A stretch of DNA of 64,000 nucleotides from Rubrivivax sp. (GCA_031392695.1 JANMVM010000106.1:697-64696), one strand, 5' to 3'; positions 1 through 8,660 are shown, counted from the first letter of the stretch. Notes: generated by a model from the letters alone, not told the origin. A program made the numbers and translations.

Positions 1-441
1 AACCACGGCGTCGTCACCAACGAAGGCAGCATGATGCTGGCCGGCGCGCTGGGCACCGTCTATGGTCCGGTGACCACGACCTTCAATCTGCTGACCACCT
101 CCAAGCCGGCCGGTCTGGTGGATGGGGTCACGAATTTCTTCGACCCGGACACCGGTGATGCGAATACTCCTTTGGTCGGCGTCGACCCGAATCAGTTCGG
201 CGGCATCACCCATTGGCAAGGCGCCACCTTCACCGGTCTTTCGGCAGGCGATTACCAGTTCACTTGGGTGCCTGCGCCCCCTGCCGTTCGGACCCAAGAG
301 TGGTCGATCCTTAACAACAACATGAACGGCATCTTCAACCTGCGCGGCGTCGTCAACCCGACGCCCGAGCCCGGCTCGCTGGCTCTGGTTGGCCTGGCGA
401 TCTTCGGTCTGGCCGCTGTGCAGCGCCGTCGCGCAGCCTGA
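1..441 (+). CDS. PEP-CTERM sorting domain protein (5' end outside window)
   Basis: Frame is open from base 1 (NHGVVTNEGSMML...). C-terminus PEPGSLALVGLAIFGLAAVQRRRAA is PEP motif + TM helix + Arg cluster. Paralogous to 1160..1777. Confidence 0.9.
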   Translation, partial: NHGVVTNEGSMMLAGALGTVYGPVTTTFNLLTTSKPAGLVDGVTNFFDPDTGDANTPLVGVDPNQFGGITHWQGATFTGLSAGDYQFTWVPAPPAVRTQEWSILNNNMNGIFNLRGVVNPTPEPGSLALVGLAIFGLAAVQRRRAA

Positions 442-489
442 AGTCCGATGACGCCCAGCAGCGCACGCGCGCTGCTGGACAGCAAACCG

Positions 490-513
490 AGGCGGCCATG
501 CGGCCGCCTTTTT
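490..513 (+). terminator. Rho-independent terminator
   Basis: AGGCGGCC-ATGC-GGCCGCCT hairpin followed by a T run, downstream of the PEP-CTERM stop codon. Confidence 0.75.
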
Positions 514-967
514 CGTGACCACCTCGCCTTCGGATCGATGCCGTCGGCCCGGCGCGTGGCAGCGACGTTCAAACGCCTCTCGCTGGCCAGAGCGCCGACC
601 AGGCTTGGCACTCGACGAGCTCATCGCGGTTCTTGGAATCGATCGTTCTGCGTTGAGCGCGGGTGAACCTGGCCGCAAGGGTTCTCAGTGGACTCCTCTG
701 CGGGCCCGCCCAGGCGAATGAGCCGACTTGCATGCCACAACGAACGGATCCACCTGGCCTCAAGGCGCCCCGGGCCACTTGAGGCCCTGGCTTGGGTCGC
801 TGTCAAAACCCCGGCGGGGCGCGGCAGGCCGGTGGCCCGGCAGCGCTGCATTGCACACCCAGGTGGGCGACCAGTTGGCCAGCCAGGGCGAGCTTGCCAG
901 GCTCTTGCAGTCGCAGTAGTTCAGGCGCCGATGTCCAGCCGGCACACCGGCGCCATGCGTTCGCCAG

Positions 968-984
968 TGTCGGAGCTTTTTACA
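968..984 (+). promoter_or_regulatory. Putative PEP-CTERM box / enhancer-binding-protein site
   Basis: TGTCGGAGCTTTTTACA = TGT-N11-ACA containing TTTACA, ~60 bp upstream of a sigma54 motif. A half site TGTCAAA follows at 994-1000. Confidence 0.6.
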
Positions 985-1046
985 TTCCCACCCTGTCAAA
1001 GCCGGCGCGCGATGCTAAGTCCTTGATTCTTTGGACTTTAAGAAAT

Positions 1047-1062
1047 TGGCCCGATATTTGCA
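1047..1062 (+). promoter_or_regulatory. Sigma54 (-24/-12) promoter
   Basis: TGGCCCGATATTTGCA: GG-N10-GC with TGGC and TTGCA consensus flanks, ~100 bp upstream of the PEP-CTERM ATG. Confidence 0.8.
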
Positions 1063-1159
1063 TTGCATCTGCTGTTGAGCAGCTGCTCTTGCTGAGGCAG
1101 CGCGAAGATGGTTCACCCGCATCGTTGACTTTCAGCTTTCTTCCACTGGAGAGACTCAC

Positions 1160-1777
1160 ATGACCAAGAAGCTTTCGATCCTTGGCGCTGCGGTTGTCGC
1201 AGCCCTTTCCCTCGGTGCCGCCGGCCAGGCCTCGGCCCACGCCGTCTCGATCGGCTACGAGAACGCCGGTGCCGGTGCCGTCACCGTGTGGCTGGGCACG
1301 TACCAGCACGGTGGCCACCACCTGGAAGGCAGCCTGCGACTGCAGGGCGTGCTGGGCACGGTCTTCGGCCCGACCGTCAATGCCTTCAGCCTGCTCGTCG
1401 GCGCGGGCACGGTTGCCGGCGGCGGCAAGCCCGCCGGCCTGATCGACGGCACGACCAATTTCTACATCCCCAACATCAGCTCCGTTGCCGCGCCGCTGGT
1501 GGGCTCCGAAGCCGGCTTCAATGCCGCCTGCCCGGCCTGCGGCCCGGTCAACCATTGGCAGGGCGTGACCTTCAACGGCCTCACCGCCGGCGACTACCAG
1601 TTCACCTACATTCCCATCGCCAATCCTTCAGCCGAGTGGGACATCCTCAACCCGGCCATGAACGGCATCTTCAACCTGCGCGGCGTCATCAACCCGACCC
1701 CCGAGCCCGGCTCGCTGGCCCTCGTCGGCCTGGCGATCCTCGGCCTGGTTGCTGCGCAGCGCCGTCGCGCAGCCTGA
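1160..1777 (+). CDS. PEP-CTERM sorting domain protein
   Basis: N-terminal signal peptide (MTKKLSILGAAVVAALSLGAAGQASA), C-terminal PEPGSLALVGLAILGLVAAQRRRAA, GGAGA RBS. Confidence 0.92.
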   Translation: MTKKLSILGAAVVAALSLGAAGQASAHAVSIGYENAGAGAVTVWLGTYQHGGHHLEGSLRLQGVLGTVFGPTVNAFSLLVGAGTVAGGGKPAGLIDGTTNFYIPNISSVAAPLVGSEAGFNAACPACGPVNHWQGVTFNGLTAGDYQFTYIPIANPSAEWDILNPAMNGIFNLRGVINPTPEPGSLALVGLAILGLVAAQRRRAA

Positions 1778-1825
1778 AACGTGATCTGAACCGGCGGCGC
1801 CCTGGCGCTGCTCCGGTGCAGCAGG

Positions 1826-1850
1826 AAGCGGCCTTCGGGCCGCTTTTTTT
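1826..1850 (+). terminator. Rho-independent terminator
   Basis: AAGCGGCC-TTCG-GGCCGCTT hairpin followed by a T run. Confidence 0.85.
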
Positions 1851-1892
1851 CTGGTTGCCGCGGCTTCGCTGCTGCCAGGCCGATGCCCAGGC

Positions 1893-2555
1893 TCAGCCCG
1901 CCAGCCGCCGCTGCAATTGCGCGCCCAGGCGCTGTGCCGCTTCGTCCCAGGTCGTGGCCACACCGATGCGGCGCAGGTCCACCGTCTGCAGCCCCGCATA
2001 GCCGCAGGGGTTGATGCGCGCAAACGGCTCCAGGTCCATGGCCACGTTCAGGGCCAGGCCGTGATAACTGCGGTGCTGGCTGACCTTGATGCCCAGTGCC
2101 GCGATCTTGGCCAGGCCCTGGAACGGGTCCACGCTGGCCGGCTGCAGCACGGCGTGGCCGAAGGGGTCGGCCAGCCGCACGTAGATGCCCGGCGCCGTGC
2201 GCACGCGGTGGCCGGTCACGCCGTAGCCGGCCAGGGTGTCGATGAGCGCCGCTTCGATGCGAAAGACAAATTCCTTGACGTAGATCGAGAGCCGCCGCAG
2301 GTCGACGAGCGGGTAGGCCACCACCTGCCCGGGGCCGTGGAAGGTGACCTGGCCGCCACGGTCGGTGCGCACGACGGGGATGTTGCCGGCGGCCAGCACG
2401 TGTTCTTCGCGGCCGGCCACGCCCTGGGTGAAGACGGGGTCGTGCTCGACGAGCCAGAGCTCGTCCTCGGTGTCGGCGCTGCGCGCCGCGGTGAAGGCGC
2501 GCATCGCGGCTTCGACTTCGGCGTAGGGGCGGCGGCCCAGGACTCGGGTGTGCAT
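1893..2555 (-). CDS. lipB: Lipoyl(octanoyl) transferase
   Basis: Motifs [39 protein letters not shown]. Confidence 0.95.
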   Translation of the reverse strand: MHTRVLGRRPYAEVEAAMRAFTAARSADTEDELWLVEHDPVFTQGVAGREEHVLAAGNIPVVRTDRGGQVTFHGPGQVVAYPLVDLRRLSIYVKEFVFRIEAALIDTLAGYGVTGHRVRTAPGIYVRLADPFGHAVLQPASVDPFQGLAKIAALGIKVSQHRSYHGLALNVAMDLEPFARINPCGYAGLQTVDLRRIGVATTWDEAAQRLGAQLQRRLAG

Positions 2556-2569
2556 GGGCTGCAGAGTCT

Positions 2570-2755
2570 AGGAGCCTGCCGGACTTGGGGCGTCGATGCG
2601 AAATTTGGCCCCAGCGGGGACAGTTTTTGCCGGGTTCGCAGGCCCATAGCCATTGCTATGGGACAAGAACGCGGTGTTCACGAAGTGCGGCGAAGCCAAA
2701 AATGGACCGCTGCGGCCAGATTGCAGCCGACGCTCCCCAAGTCCGACAGGCTCCT
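2570..2755. mobile_element. MITE-like non-autonomous element (186 bp)
   Basis: 21-bp terminal inverted repeats AGGAGCCTG(C/T)CGGACTTGGGG (2570-2590 and 2735-2755, 20/21 match). Internal perfect hairpin CCCATAGC-CATT-GCTATGGG at 2643-2662. No transposase. Confidence 0.7.
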
Positions 2756-2788
2756 CGCCAGCCGCGGCGTCGAGCCTGCCCGGATGCC

Positions 2789-3973
2789 TCAGATGATGTT
2801 GACTTCGAGCAGCGGCCGGCCGTCGAGCAGGCGTTGCGGCGACAGCGCGGTGAGCGCCGGCGCGCTGCTGCTGCCACCGGCAATCAGCGCCGCCAGTGCG
2901 CTGCCCACCGCTGGCGACTGCTGCATGCCATGGCCCGAGAAGCCGCAGGCCGTGTAGGCGTTGCGCCAGGGCGGCAGAGCACCGGCCAGGCCGTTGTGGT
3001 CGAAGGCGTTCATCTCGTAGTAGCCGGCCCAGGCCGAGCGCACGCGCAGCGCTTCGAAGGCCGGCACGCGCGCGGCCAGCGCCGGCCAGATGAAGTCGTC
3101 GAAAAGGCCGTGGTCGATGTCGTCCAGCGGTGGCTCGTCGGGGTCGCCGGGCCAGGGCTGGCGCGGCGGCGCGCCAGCCAGGTAGCACCCGCCGCTGCGG
3201 CCCTCGGGCCGGAACCACACCCCCGACGGATCGATGACCAGCGGGCAACCGGGCAGCCGCGCCGGCGAGTCGATCACGAACACGTCGCGCTTCTTGGCAT
3301 GCACCGGCAGCCGCAGGCCGAGTCTCGCCGACAGCGGCGCCGACCAGGCGCCGGCGGCCAGCACCACGGCATCGGCATCGAAGCGGCGGCCGTCGCGGCA
3401 CAGCACGGCCTGCACGGCATCGCCGGCGGTGGCAAAGCCCACCGCATCGGCCTTCACGAAACGCGCACCGCAGGCGATGGCCTTGCGCCGAAAGGCCTGC
3501 AGCAGCGCCGGGCCGTCGAACCAGCCTTCGCCGGCCAGGCCGAGCGAGCCCAGGGCAAGGTCAGCCGCCACCAGCCAGGGAAATCGCGCCTGCAGTTCAG
3601 ACGGGCTCAGCAAGGCAACATCGGCTCCAGCACCGACTTGCACCGCGTGATTGGCGCGCATCACGGCAGCGCCGGTGGCACCGGCCAGGTACAGGTACCC
3701 GGGCTCGACGAGGCCCAGATCGGGCGCCTGGCCGTCGACCGCCAGTTCCTCGCCGACACGGCGCAGGAAGGCCAGGCTCCATTGCGACAAGGCCATATTG
3801 GCCGGCTGCGAGAACTGCTGCCGGATGGAGCTGGCCGACAGCGCGCTGGACGCGCGGGCATAGGTGGGGTCACGCTCCAGCACCGTGGCCGCCAGGCCAT
3901 GGTCGCGTGCCAGGAAGCAGGCCGTGGCCGCACCCATCACGCCGCCACCCACGATCACCACGCCAGACTTCAT
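2789..3973 (-). CDS. FAD-dependent oxidoreductase (DAO / sarcosine oxidase beta / FOXRED1-like)
   Basis: Rossmann motif IVGGGVMG, ASSALSASSIRQQF, WAGYYEMNAFDHNG, GFSGHGMQQSPAVG. Confidence 0.9.
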   Translation of the reverse strand: MKSGVVIVGGGVMGAATACFLARDHGLAATVLERDPTYARASSALSASSIRQQFSQPANMALSQWSLAFLRRVGEELAVDGQAPDLGLVEPGYLYLAGATGAAVMRANHAVQVGAGADVALLSPSELQARFPWLVAADLALGSLGLAGEGWFDGPALLQAFRRKAIACGARFVKADAVGFATAGDAVQAVLCRDGRRFDADAVVLAAGAWSAPLSARLGLRLPVHAKKRDVFVIDSPARLPGCPLVIDPSGVWFRPEGRSGGCYLAGAPPRQPWPGDPDEPPLDDIDHGLFDDFIWPALAARVPAFEALRVRSAWAGYYEMNAFDHNGLAGALPPWRNAYTACGFSGHGMQQSPAVGSALAALIAGGSSSAPALTALSPQRLLDGRPLLEVNII

Positions 3974-4013
3974 GGCCGCAGTGTAGGCAGGTGCTGCACC
4001 TGCCCGCGCCGGG

Positions 4014-4979
4014 CTACCTGCAGGCGTTGGCCGCCGTGTACTCCACCACCTTGAGCTTGCCGCTGATGATGTCGGCCCTGGCAGCTTCGACCTGCTGGCG
4101 CATGGCCGCGCTGACGAGCCTGGCGTTGTGCTCGTCCATGGCGTAGTCCAGGCCGCCCTCTTTCAGGCCCAGCGCGGTGATGCCCGGGGTCACGCCCTTG
4201 AAGGCCTGGTAGACCGCGAGATCGGTGCGCTTGACCATGCTCGTGAGCACCGATCCCGGGTGCAGATGGTTCTGGTTGCTGTCGACGCCGATGCTCAGCC
4301 GGCCTGCGTCGGCGGCCGCCTGCATGATGCCCAGCCCAGTGGTGCCGGCAGCGGCGAAAACGACGTCGACGCCACGCGCCATCTGCGCCTTGGTGAGTTC
4401 GGCGCCGCGCGCGGGGTCGGTCCAGGCGGCGGGCGTGGTGCCGGTCATCGATGAGATGACCTCGACCGCGGGCCGCGCGTACTTTGCGCCCTGCTCGTAG
4501 CCGCACAGGAACTTGCGCACCAGCGGGATGTCCATGCCGCCGACGAAACCCACCTTGCCGGTCTTGCTGGCCAATGCGGCCAGCATGCCGACGAGGAAGC
4601 TGCCTTCCTGCTCGCGGTAGACGAAGCTCTGCACGTTGGGCAGCGCCACCACCATGTCGATGATGGCGAAGCGCTGGTTCGGGAAGTCCCGCGCCACGGC
4701 CTCGATGCTGCTGGCCTGCGGAAAACCGATGCCCACCACCGGGTTGGCGCCGCGCTGGGCAAAGCGACGCGCTGCCTGCTCGCGCTGCGCCGCGTTCTGG
4801 ACCTCGAATTCGAGGTAGGGCTTGCCGGTCTCCTTCTTCCAGCGCTCGGCGCCTTGCCAGGCGGCCTGGTTGAAGGACTTGTCGAACTTGCCGCCGAGCT
4901 CGAAGATCACGGCCGGTTGCGCTTGCGCCCCACCCACGGCGAGCAGCCCCGCCACGGCCCACCCGCGCGCCGCCCCCAT
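4014..4979 (-). CDS. BMP/PnrA-family periplasmic substrate-binding protein (nucleoside-type)
   Basis: GGKFDKSFNQAAWQG, FVGGMDIP, GVDSNQN, LTSMVKR motifs. Signal peptide present, no lipobox Cys. Confidence 0.9.
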   Translation of the reverse strand: MGAARGWAVAGLLAVGGAQAQPAVIFELGGKFDKSFNQAAWQGAERWKKETGKPYLEFEVQNAAQREQAARRFAQRGANPVVGIGFPQASSIEAVARDFPNQRFAIIDMVVALPNVQSFVYREQEGSFLVGMLAALASKTGKVGFVGGMDIPLVRKFLCGYEQGAKYARPAVEVISSMTGTTPAAWTDPARGAELTKAQMARGVDVVFAAAGTTGLGIMQAAADAGRLSIGVDSNQNHLHPGSVLTSMVKRTDLAVYQAFKGVTPGITALGLKEGGLDYAMDEHNARLVSAAMRQQVEAARADIISGKLKVVEYTAANACR

Positions 4980-4984
4980 CTCAG

Positions 4985-5052
4985 TACCGCCCGGCCGTCC
5001 CGAAGGGACTGAACGCCCCCTCGGGGGGCCGCGAACGAAGTGAGCTTGGGGG
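4985..5052. repeat. GC-rich REP-like interspersed element
   Basis: Nested short hairpins (GTCCC-GAA-GGGAC; CCCCC-TC-GGGGG) ending GTGAGCTTGGGGG. Resembles an interspersed repeat family I recall from Burkholderiales; not database-verified. Confidence 0.5.
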
Positions 5053-5059
5053 TTTCATT

Positions 5060-7345
5060 TCAGAACATCGCCTTGAACTGCACGCCGAAGGTGCGCGGCT
5101 CGTTGATGAAGCCGGTGAGGTTGTTGAAGTCGATGCCGCCGACGACGCGGATCTGGTTGCCAATGTTGCGCACGAAGGCTGCCACGTCGTACTTGCCGGC
5201 GCCCCACTGGTAGCCCACGCGCAAGCCGCCTTCGGTCATCGCCTTGCCGGTGAATTCAGTCGACTCGTAGAGGAAGAAATTGACCTGGCTGCGGTAGACC
5301 CAGTCGGTGAAGACGTAGAGGTCGCCGCTGCCCACCGGCTGCGTGTACTTGAGCGTGAAGTTGGCCGTCGTCCTGGGCGCCTGCGGCAGCGGGTTGCCAT
5401 TGATCAGCGCCACCGTCGAGCCGCCCACCGTGCGCGTCGGGTTGGTCACCGTGCAGGCCGCGCACACCGCCACCGCCAGGTTGCCGTCCTGGATCTGGGT
5501 GTCGTTGTAGCCCACGCCCACGGTGGCCAGCAGCTGGTCGGTGACGTAGGCCTGGAAGTCGAGCTCGAAGCCCTGGCCCTTGGCCTTCTTGGCGCTGAGC
5601 AGGATGTTGGCGTTGGCCGCGCCACCCACGGCCGTGAGCTGCAGGTCCTTGACGGTGTAGCTGAAGACGTCGAAGGCCACGCGTGCGCGGCGGTTGAAGA
5701 GGTCGGCCTTGATGCCGACTTCGACCGAGGTGTTGTTCTCGGGCCCGGCCACCGACTGGTTGTTGAAGGCCCCCGCGCCCTGCACGCTGGAAGCGCGGAA
5801 GCCCGTGCCGGCGCGCGCGTACAGCGTGGTCAGCTTGTCCAGCGCGTAGGTGCCGCTCAGGTCCCAGTTGAGCTTGTTGTCGCTGGGCGACGCGGTCAGC
5901 GGCCCTTGCGCCGCCAGTTGCGCCAGCGTGCACTTGGCCGACAGCACGCAAGGCACGAAGCCGCTGTTGGAATAGTCCTCGACCGAGAACTCTTTCTTGT
6001 CGCGCGTGTAGCGCAGGCCGCCGCGCAGCTTGAAGTCGGGCGTCAGGGCCAGGTTGACGGCGCCGAACACGGCCACCGCGCTGTTCTTCTGGCGCACGCG
6101 CTCGTAGCCGTCTTGCTTGCTGCCGGCCAGCGAGTCGTAGCTGAAGCTCTCGATTCTGTAGTCCTCATCGAAGAGGAAGACACCGCCCTGCCAGCTGAGC
6201 GCGCCCGCGGTGTCGGACTCGAGCCGCAGCTCTTGCGTGAACTGCCGGTGCTTGGGGATGCCGTCGGCCGACTCCGATGCGAAAGGGATGTTGCCGGGCC
6301 CGAAGTTGCCGGCGCCCAGGAAGCTGGCGCCATAGCCGCCGTCGATGTCACCGCGGCTGTAGGTGCGCACGGTCTCCAGGCCGGTGACGGAGTACAGCGC
6401 CACCCGCCCCAGGCCGATGCGCAGGCGCAGGTTGCCGCCGTAGTTCTGCAGCTCCGAGGTGTTCTGGCCGTCGAATGAAATCTTGCGTTCGTCGAAGCCG
6501 CTCACCAGCTCGTTGCTGCCGGGCTTGATGATGTTGGCGCGGAACAGCCGCGCCGAGCCCTTGAAGTCGCGCGCGTGCAGGTTGGCCAGGGCACTGAAGT
6601 CGGGGCCCGATTCGTAGCGCAGTTGCGCGCGCATGGCGTTGTCGCGGTAGCCTTCGAGGTCCTTGCTGGGGCTCGTGGCCACGGTGTTCTTGACCCAGTC
6701 GTCACGCGTCTGGCTCAGCACCGACAGGCGCATCGACAGGCCCTGCCCCAGCGGCACCGTGGCCGCGCCCTCGGCGTTGAGGGTGCGGAAGGTGCCGATC
6801 GAGATGCTGCCGTAGCCTTCGGCTGTCTTGCCGGGCTTGACGGAGTCGAACTTGACCACGCCGGCCGGCGTGTTGCGACCGAACAGCGTGCCCTGCGGGC
6901 CACGCAGCACCTCGACGCGGTCGATGTCGAAGATCGGGAAGCCCTTGAGGATCGGGTTCTCCTGCACCACGTCGTCGTAGACCAGCGACACCGGCTGCGA
7001 GGCGTTGAGCCGGAAGTCGGTGTTGCCGTAGCCGCGGATGTAGAAGCGCGGGAAGGCGCGGCCGAAGGACGACTCGATGTTCAGGCTCGGCACGCGGCCG
7101 CTGAGCGCGCGCACGTCCTGGCCGCTGGTGCCCAGCACCTCGAGGATCTCACCCTGCAGCGCGGTCACCGAGCTGGGCACATCGCGGATGTTCTCGACGC
7201 GGCGGTCGGCGGTCACGGTGACCACCTGCAACTCGCCCGCCGGCGTCGTCTGGGCCTGCGCACCCACTTGCAGCAGCGCCAGCACGGCGGCTGCCACGGC
7301 ATGGTGCGGATGGGCGATGAAGCGACGGCGGGCTGGGTTGTTCAT
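5060..7345 (-). CDS. TonB-dependent receptor
   Basis: TonB-box-like VVTVTADRR, plug motif IDRVEVLRGPQGTLFGRNTPAG, terminal PRTFGVQFKAMF. Start set at MNNPARRR (7345) after a GGAGA RBS. Confidence 0.95.
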   Translation of the reverse strand: MNNPARRRFIAHPHHAVAAAVLALLQVGAQAQTTPAGELQVVTVTADRRVENIRDVPSSVTALQGEILEVLGTSGQDVRALSGRVPSLNIESSFGRAFPRFYIRGYGNTDFRLNASQPVSLVYDDVVQENPILKGFPIFDIDRVEVLRGPQGTLFGRNTPAGVVKFDSVKPGKTAEGYGSISIGTFRTLNAEGAATVPLGQGLSMRLSVLSQTRDDWVKNTVATSPSKDLEGYRDNAMRAQLRYESGPDFSALANLHARDFKGSARLFRANIIKPGSNELVSGFDERKISFDGQNTSELQNYGGNLRLRIGLGRVALYSVTGLETVRTYSRGDIDGGYGASFLGAGNFGPGNIPFASESADGIPKHRQFTQELRLESDTAGALSWQGGVFLFDEDYRIESFSYDSLAGSKQDGYERVRQKNSAVAVFGAVNLALTPDFKLRGGLRYTRDKKEFSVEDYSNSGFVPCVLSAKCTLAQLAAQGPLTASPSDNKLNWDLSGTYALDKLTTLYARAGTGFRASSVQGAGAFNNQSVAGPENNTSVEVGIKADLFNRRARVAFDVFSYTVKDLQLTAVGGAANANILLSAKKAKGQGFELDFQAYVTDQLLATVGVGYNDTQIQDGNLAVAVCAACTVTNPTRTVGGSTVALINGNPLPQAPRTTANFTLKYTQPVGSGDLYVFTDWVYRSQVNFFLYESTEFTGKAMTEGGLRVGYQWGAGKYDVAAFVRNIGNQIRVVGGIDFNNLTGFINEPRTFGVQFKAMF

Positions 7346-7386
7346 GGAGTCTCCGGTGTGAAAGTTGGGGCTTCGATGCAAGGGCC

Positions 7387-7428
7387 ATGCCGAATGCCGA
7401 ATGCGGCATGCCGAATGCCGAATGCCAC
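7387..7428. repeat. Heptamer tandem repeat (ATGCCGA-like x6)
   Basis: ATGCCGA ATGCCGA ATGCGGC ATGCCGA ATGCCGA ATGCCAC in the divergent promoter region between the TBDR and the dioxygenase. Confidence 0.85.
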
Positions 7429-7546
7429 GATTCACGGCCTGGCCCGTGGCCGCACGGCGTTAGCATTGATGATGCAGCCCCGCGCCCCGGGGTTCGTGAA
7501 AATGCCACCCGACGCGTCGCGCCTGATGCCGCCGCGCAACACCTCC

Positions 7547-8386
7547 ATGCTCAGCACCGCCCAGATTGCCGCCTGGCACCGCGACGGCTTCCTCACGCTG
7601 CCCGGCTTCAAGCCGGCGGCCGAGCTGGAAGCGGCCAAGGCGCACGCGCGCGCACTCGTCGAGGCCTTCGATCCGGCGCAGGGCGCCAGCCGCTTCTCCA
7701 CGCGCGACCGCAACAAGGTGGCCGATGCGCGGCTGCTGGCTTCGGCCGACCAGGTGCACTGCTTCTTCGAGGAAGAGGCGCTCGACGACGAAGGCCGGCT
7801 GCTGGTGCCCAAGGCGCGCTCGATCAACAAGATCGGCCATGCGCTGCACGACCGCGACCCGGTGTTCGATCGCTTCAGCCACGGCCCGGCGCTGGCCGAT
7901 CTGGCGGCCGACCTGGGCTTGCTGCAGCCCCAGGTCTGGCAGAGCCAGCTCATCTTCAAGCAGCCGCACATCGGCGGCGAGGTGGGCTGGCACCAGGACG
8001 CCAGCTTCTTCGTCACCGACCCGATCACCGTCACCACCCTGTGGTTCGCGCTCGAAGACGCGACGCTGGACAACGGCTGCCTGTGGGTCGAGCCCGGCGG
8101 CCACCGCGGCCCGCTGCGCGAGCAGTACCGCTGCGAGCAGGGCCGCCTGAGCATGCAGGCCCTCGACGCCACGCCTTGGCCCGACAGCGCCAGCGCCCGG
8201 CCCCTGCCCGTGGCCGCCGGCACGCTGGTCGTCTTTCATGGCCTGCTGCCGCACTACAGCGCCAGCAACCGCTCGGCGCACTCACGGCTGGCCTACACGC
8301 TGCACGTCACCGACGCCACGGCGGCGTATTCGCCACTGAACTGGCTGCAGCGCGGCCCGGCCCTGCCCGTACGCGGGCTGGCCTAG
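7547..8386 (+). CDS. PhyH-family Fe(II)/2-oxoglutarate dioxygenase
   Basis: IFKQPHIGGEVGWHQD (HxD), NGCLWVEPGGH, HGLLPHYS (distal His). Start set at MLSTAQ. Confidence 0.9.
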   Translation: MLSTAQIAAWHRDGFLTLPGFKPAAELEAAKAHARALVEAFDPAQGASRFSTRDRNKVADARLLASADQVHCFFEEEALDDEGRLLVPKARSINKIGHALHDRDPVFDRFSHGPALADLAADLGLLQPQVWQSQLIFKQPHIGGEVGWHQDASFFVTDPITVTTLWFALEDATLDNGCLWVEPGGHRGPLREQYRCEQGRLSMQALDATPWPDSASARPLPVAAGTLVVFHGLLPHYSASNRSAHSRLAYTLHVTDATAAYSPLNWLQRGPALPVRGLA

Positions 8387-8553
8387 GAGCGAGGGCGGCA
8401 GAAAGTCTGCACCTTGTAGCGGCCACCGGTGCGCTTGTCGACCTCGCACGCATCAGCGTCGATGGCCACGCCCTGGTGCGAGTTCTGGCCCACCGAGATG
8501 CTGATCCTGATTGCCGTCTGGGCCAGCGCGGCGGCGCGGCGGCTGAGGTTGAT
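8383..8553 (-). pseudogene. Remnant of a TRAP transporter DctP substrate-binding protein (N-terminal stub)
   Basis: Minus frame reads INLSRRAAALAQTAIRISISVGQNSHQGVAIDADACEVDKRTGGRYKVQTFCRPRS*. This matches the DctP N-terminus pattern (ISISxxQNSHQGVAID..EVxKRT.GRYKxQTF) and then stops. Confidence 0.65.
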
Positions 8554-8611
8554 GGCGGGGGTCTTTGTGGGCTTGTCTGCCGGGGGGTCTGCCGAGCGAT
8601 GCGTGGTGCTA

Positions 8612-8633
8612 GCGTATCTTTCGCGTATCTTTC
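8612..8633. repeat. Exact 11-bp tandem duplication upstream of urc1
   Basis: GCGTATCTTTC x2, plus a partial third copy. Confidence 0.85.
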
Positions 8634-8660
8634 GCGCTTTCGCCCCCGGTATCCTCCGCC

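Noticed and set aside
606-621. Sigma54-like TGGCACTCGACGAGC
   Set aside because: The -12 element is GAGC rather than TTGC, and no gene start follows closely
515-960. Small ORFs between the two PEP-CTERM genes
   Set aside because: No RBS, motif or codon bias; treated as non-coding or regulatory
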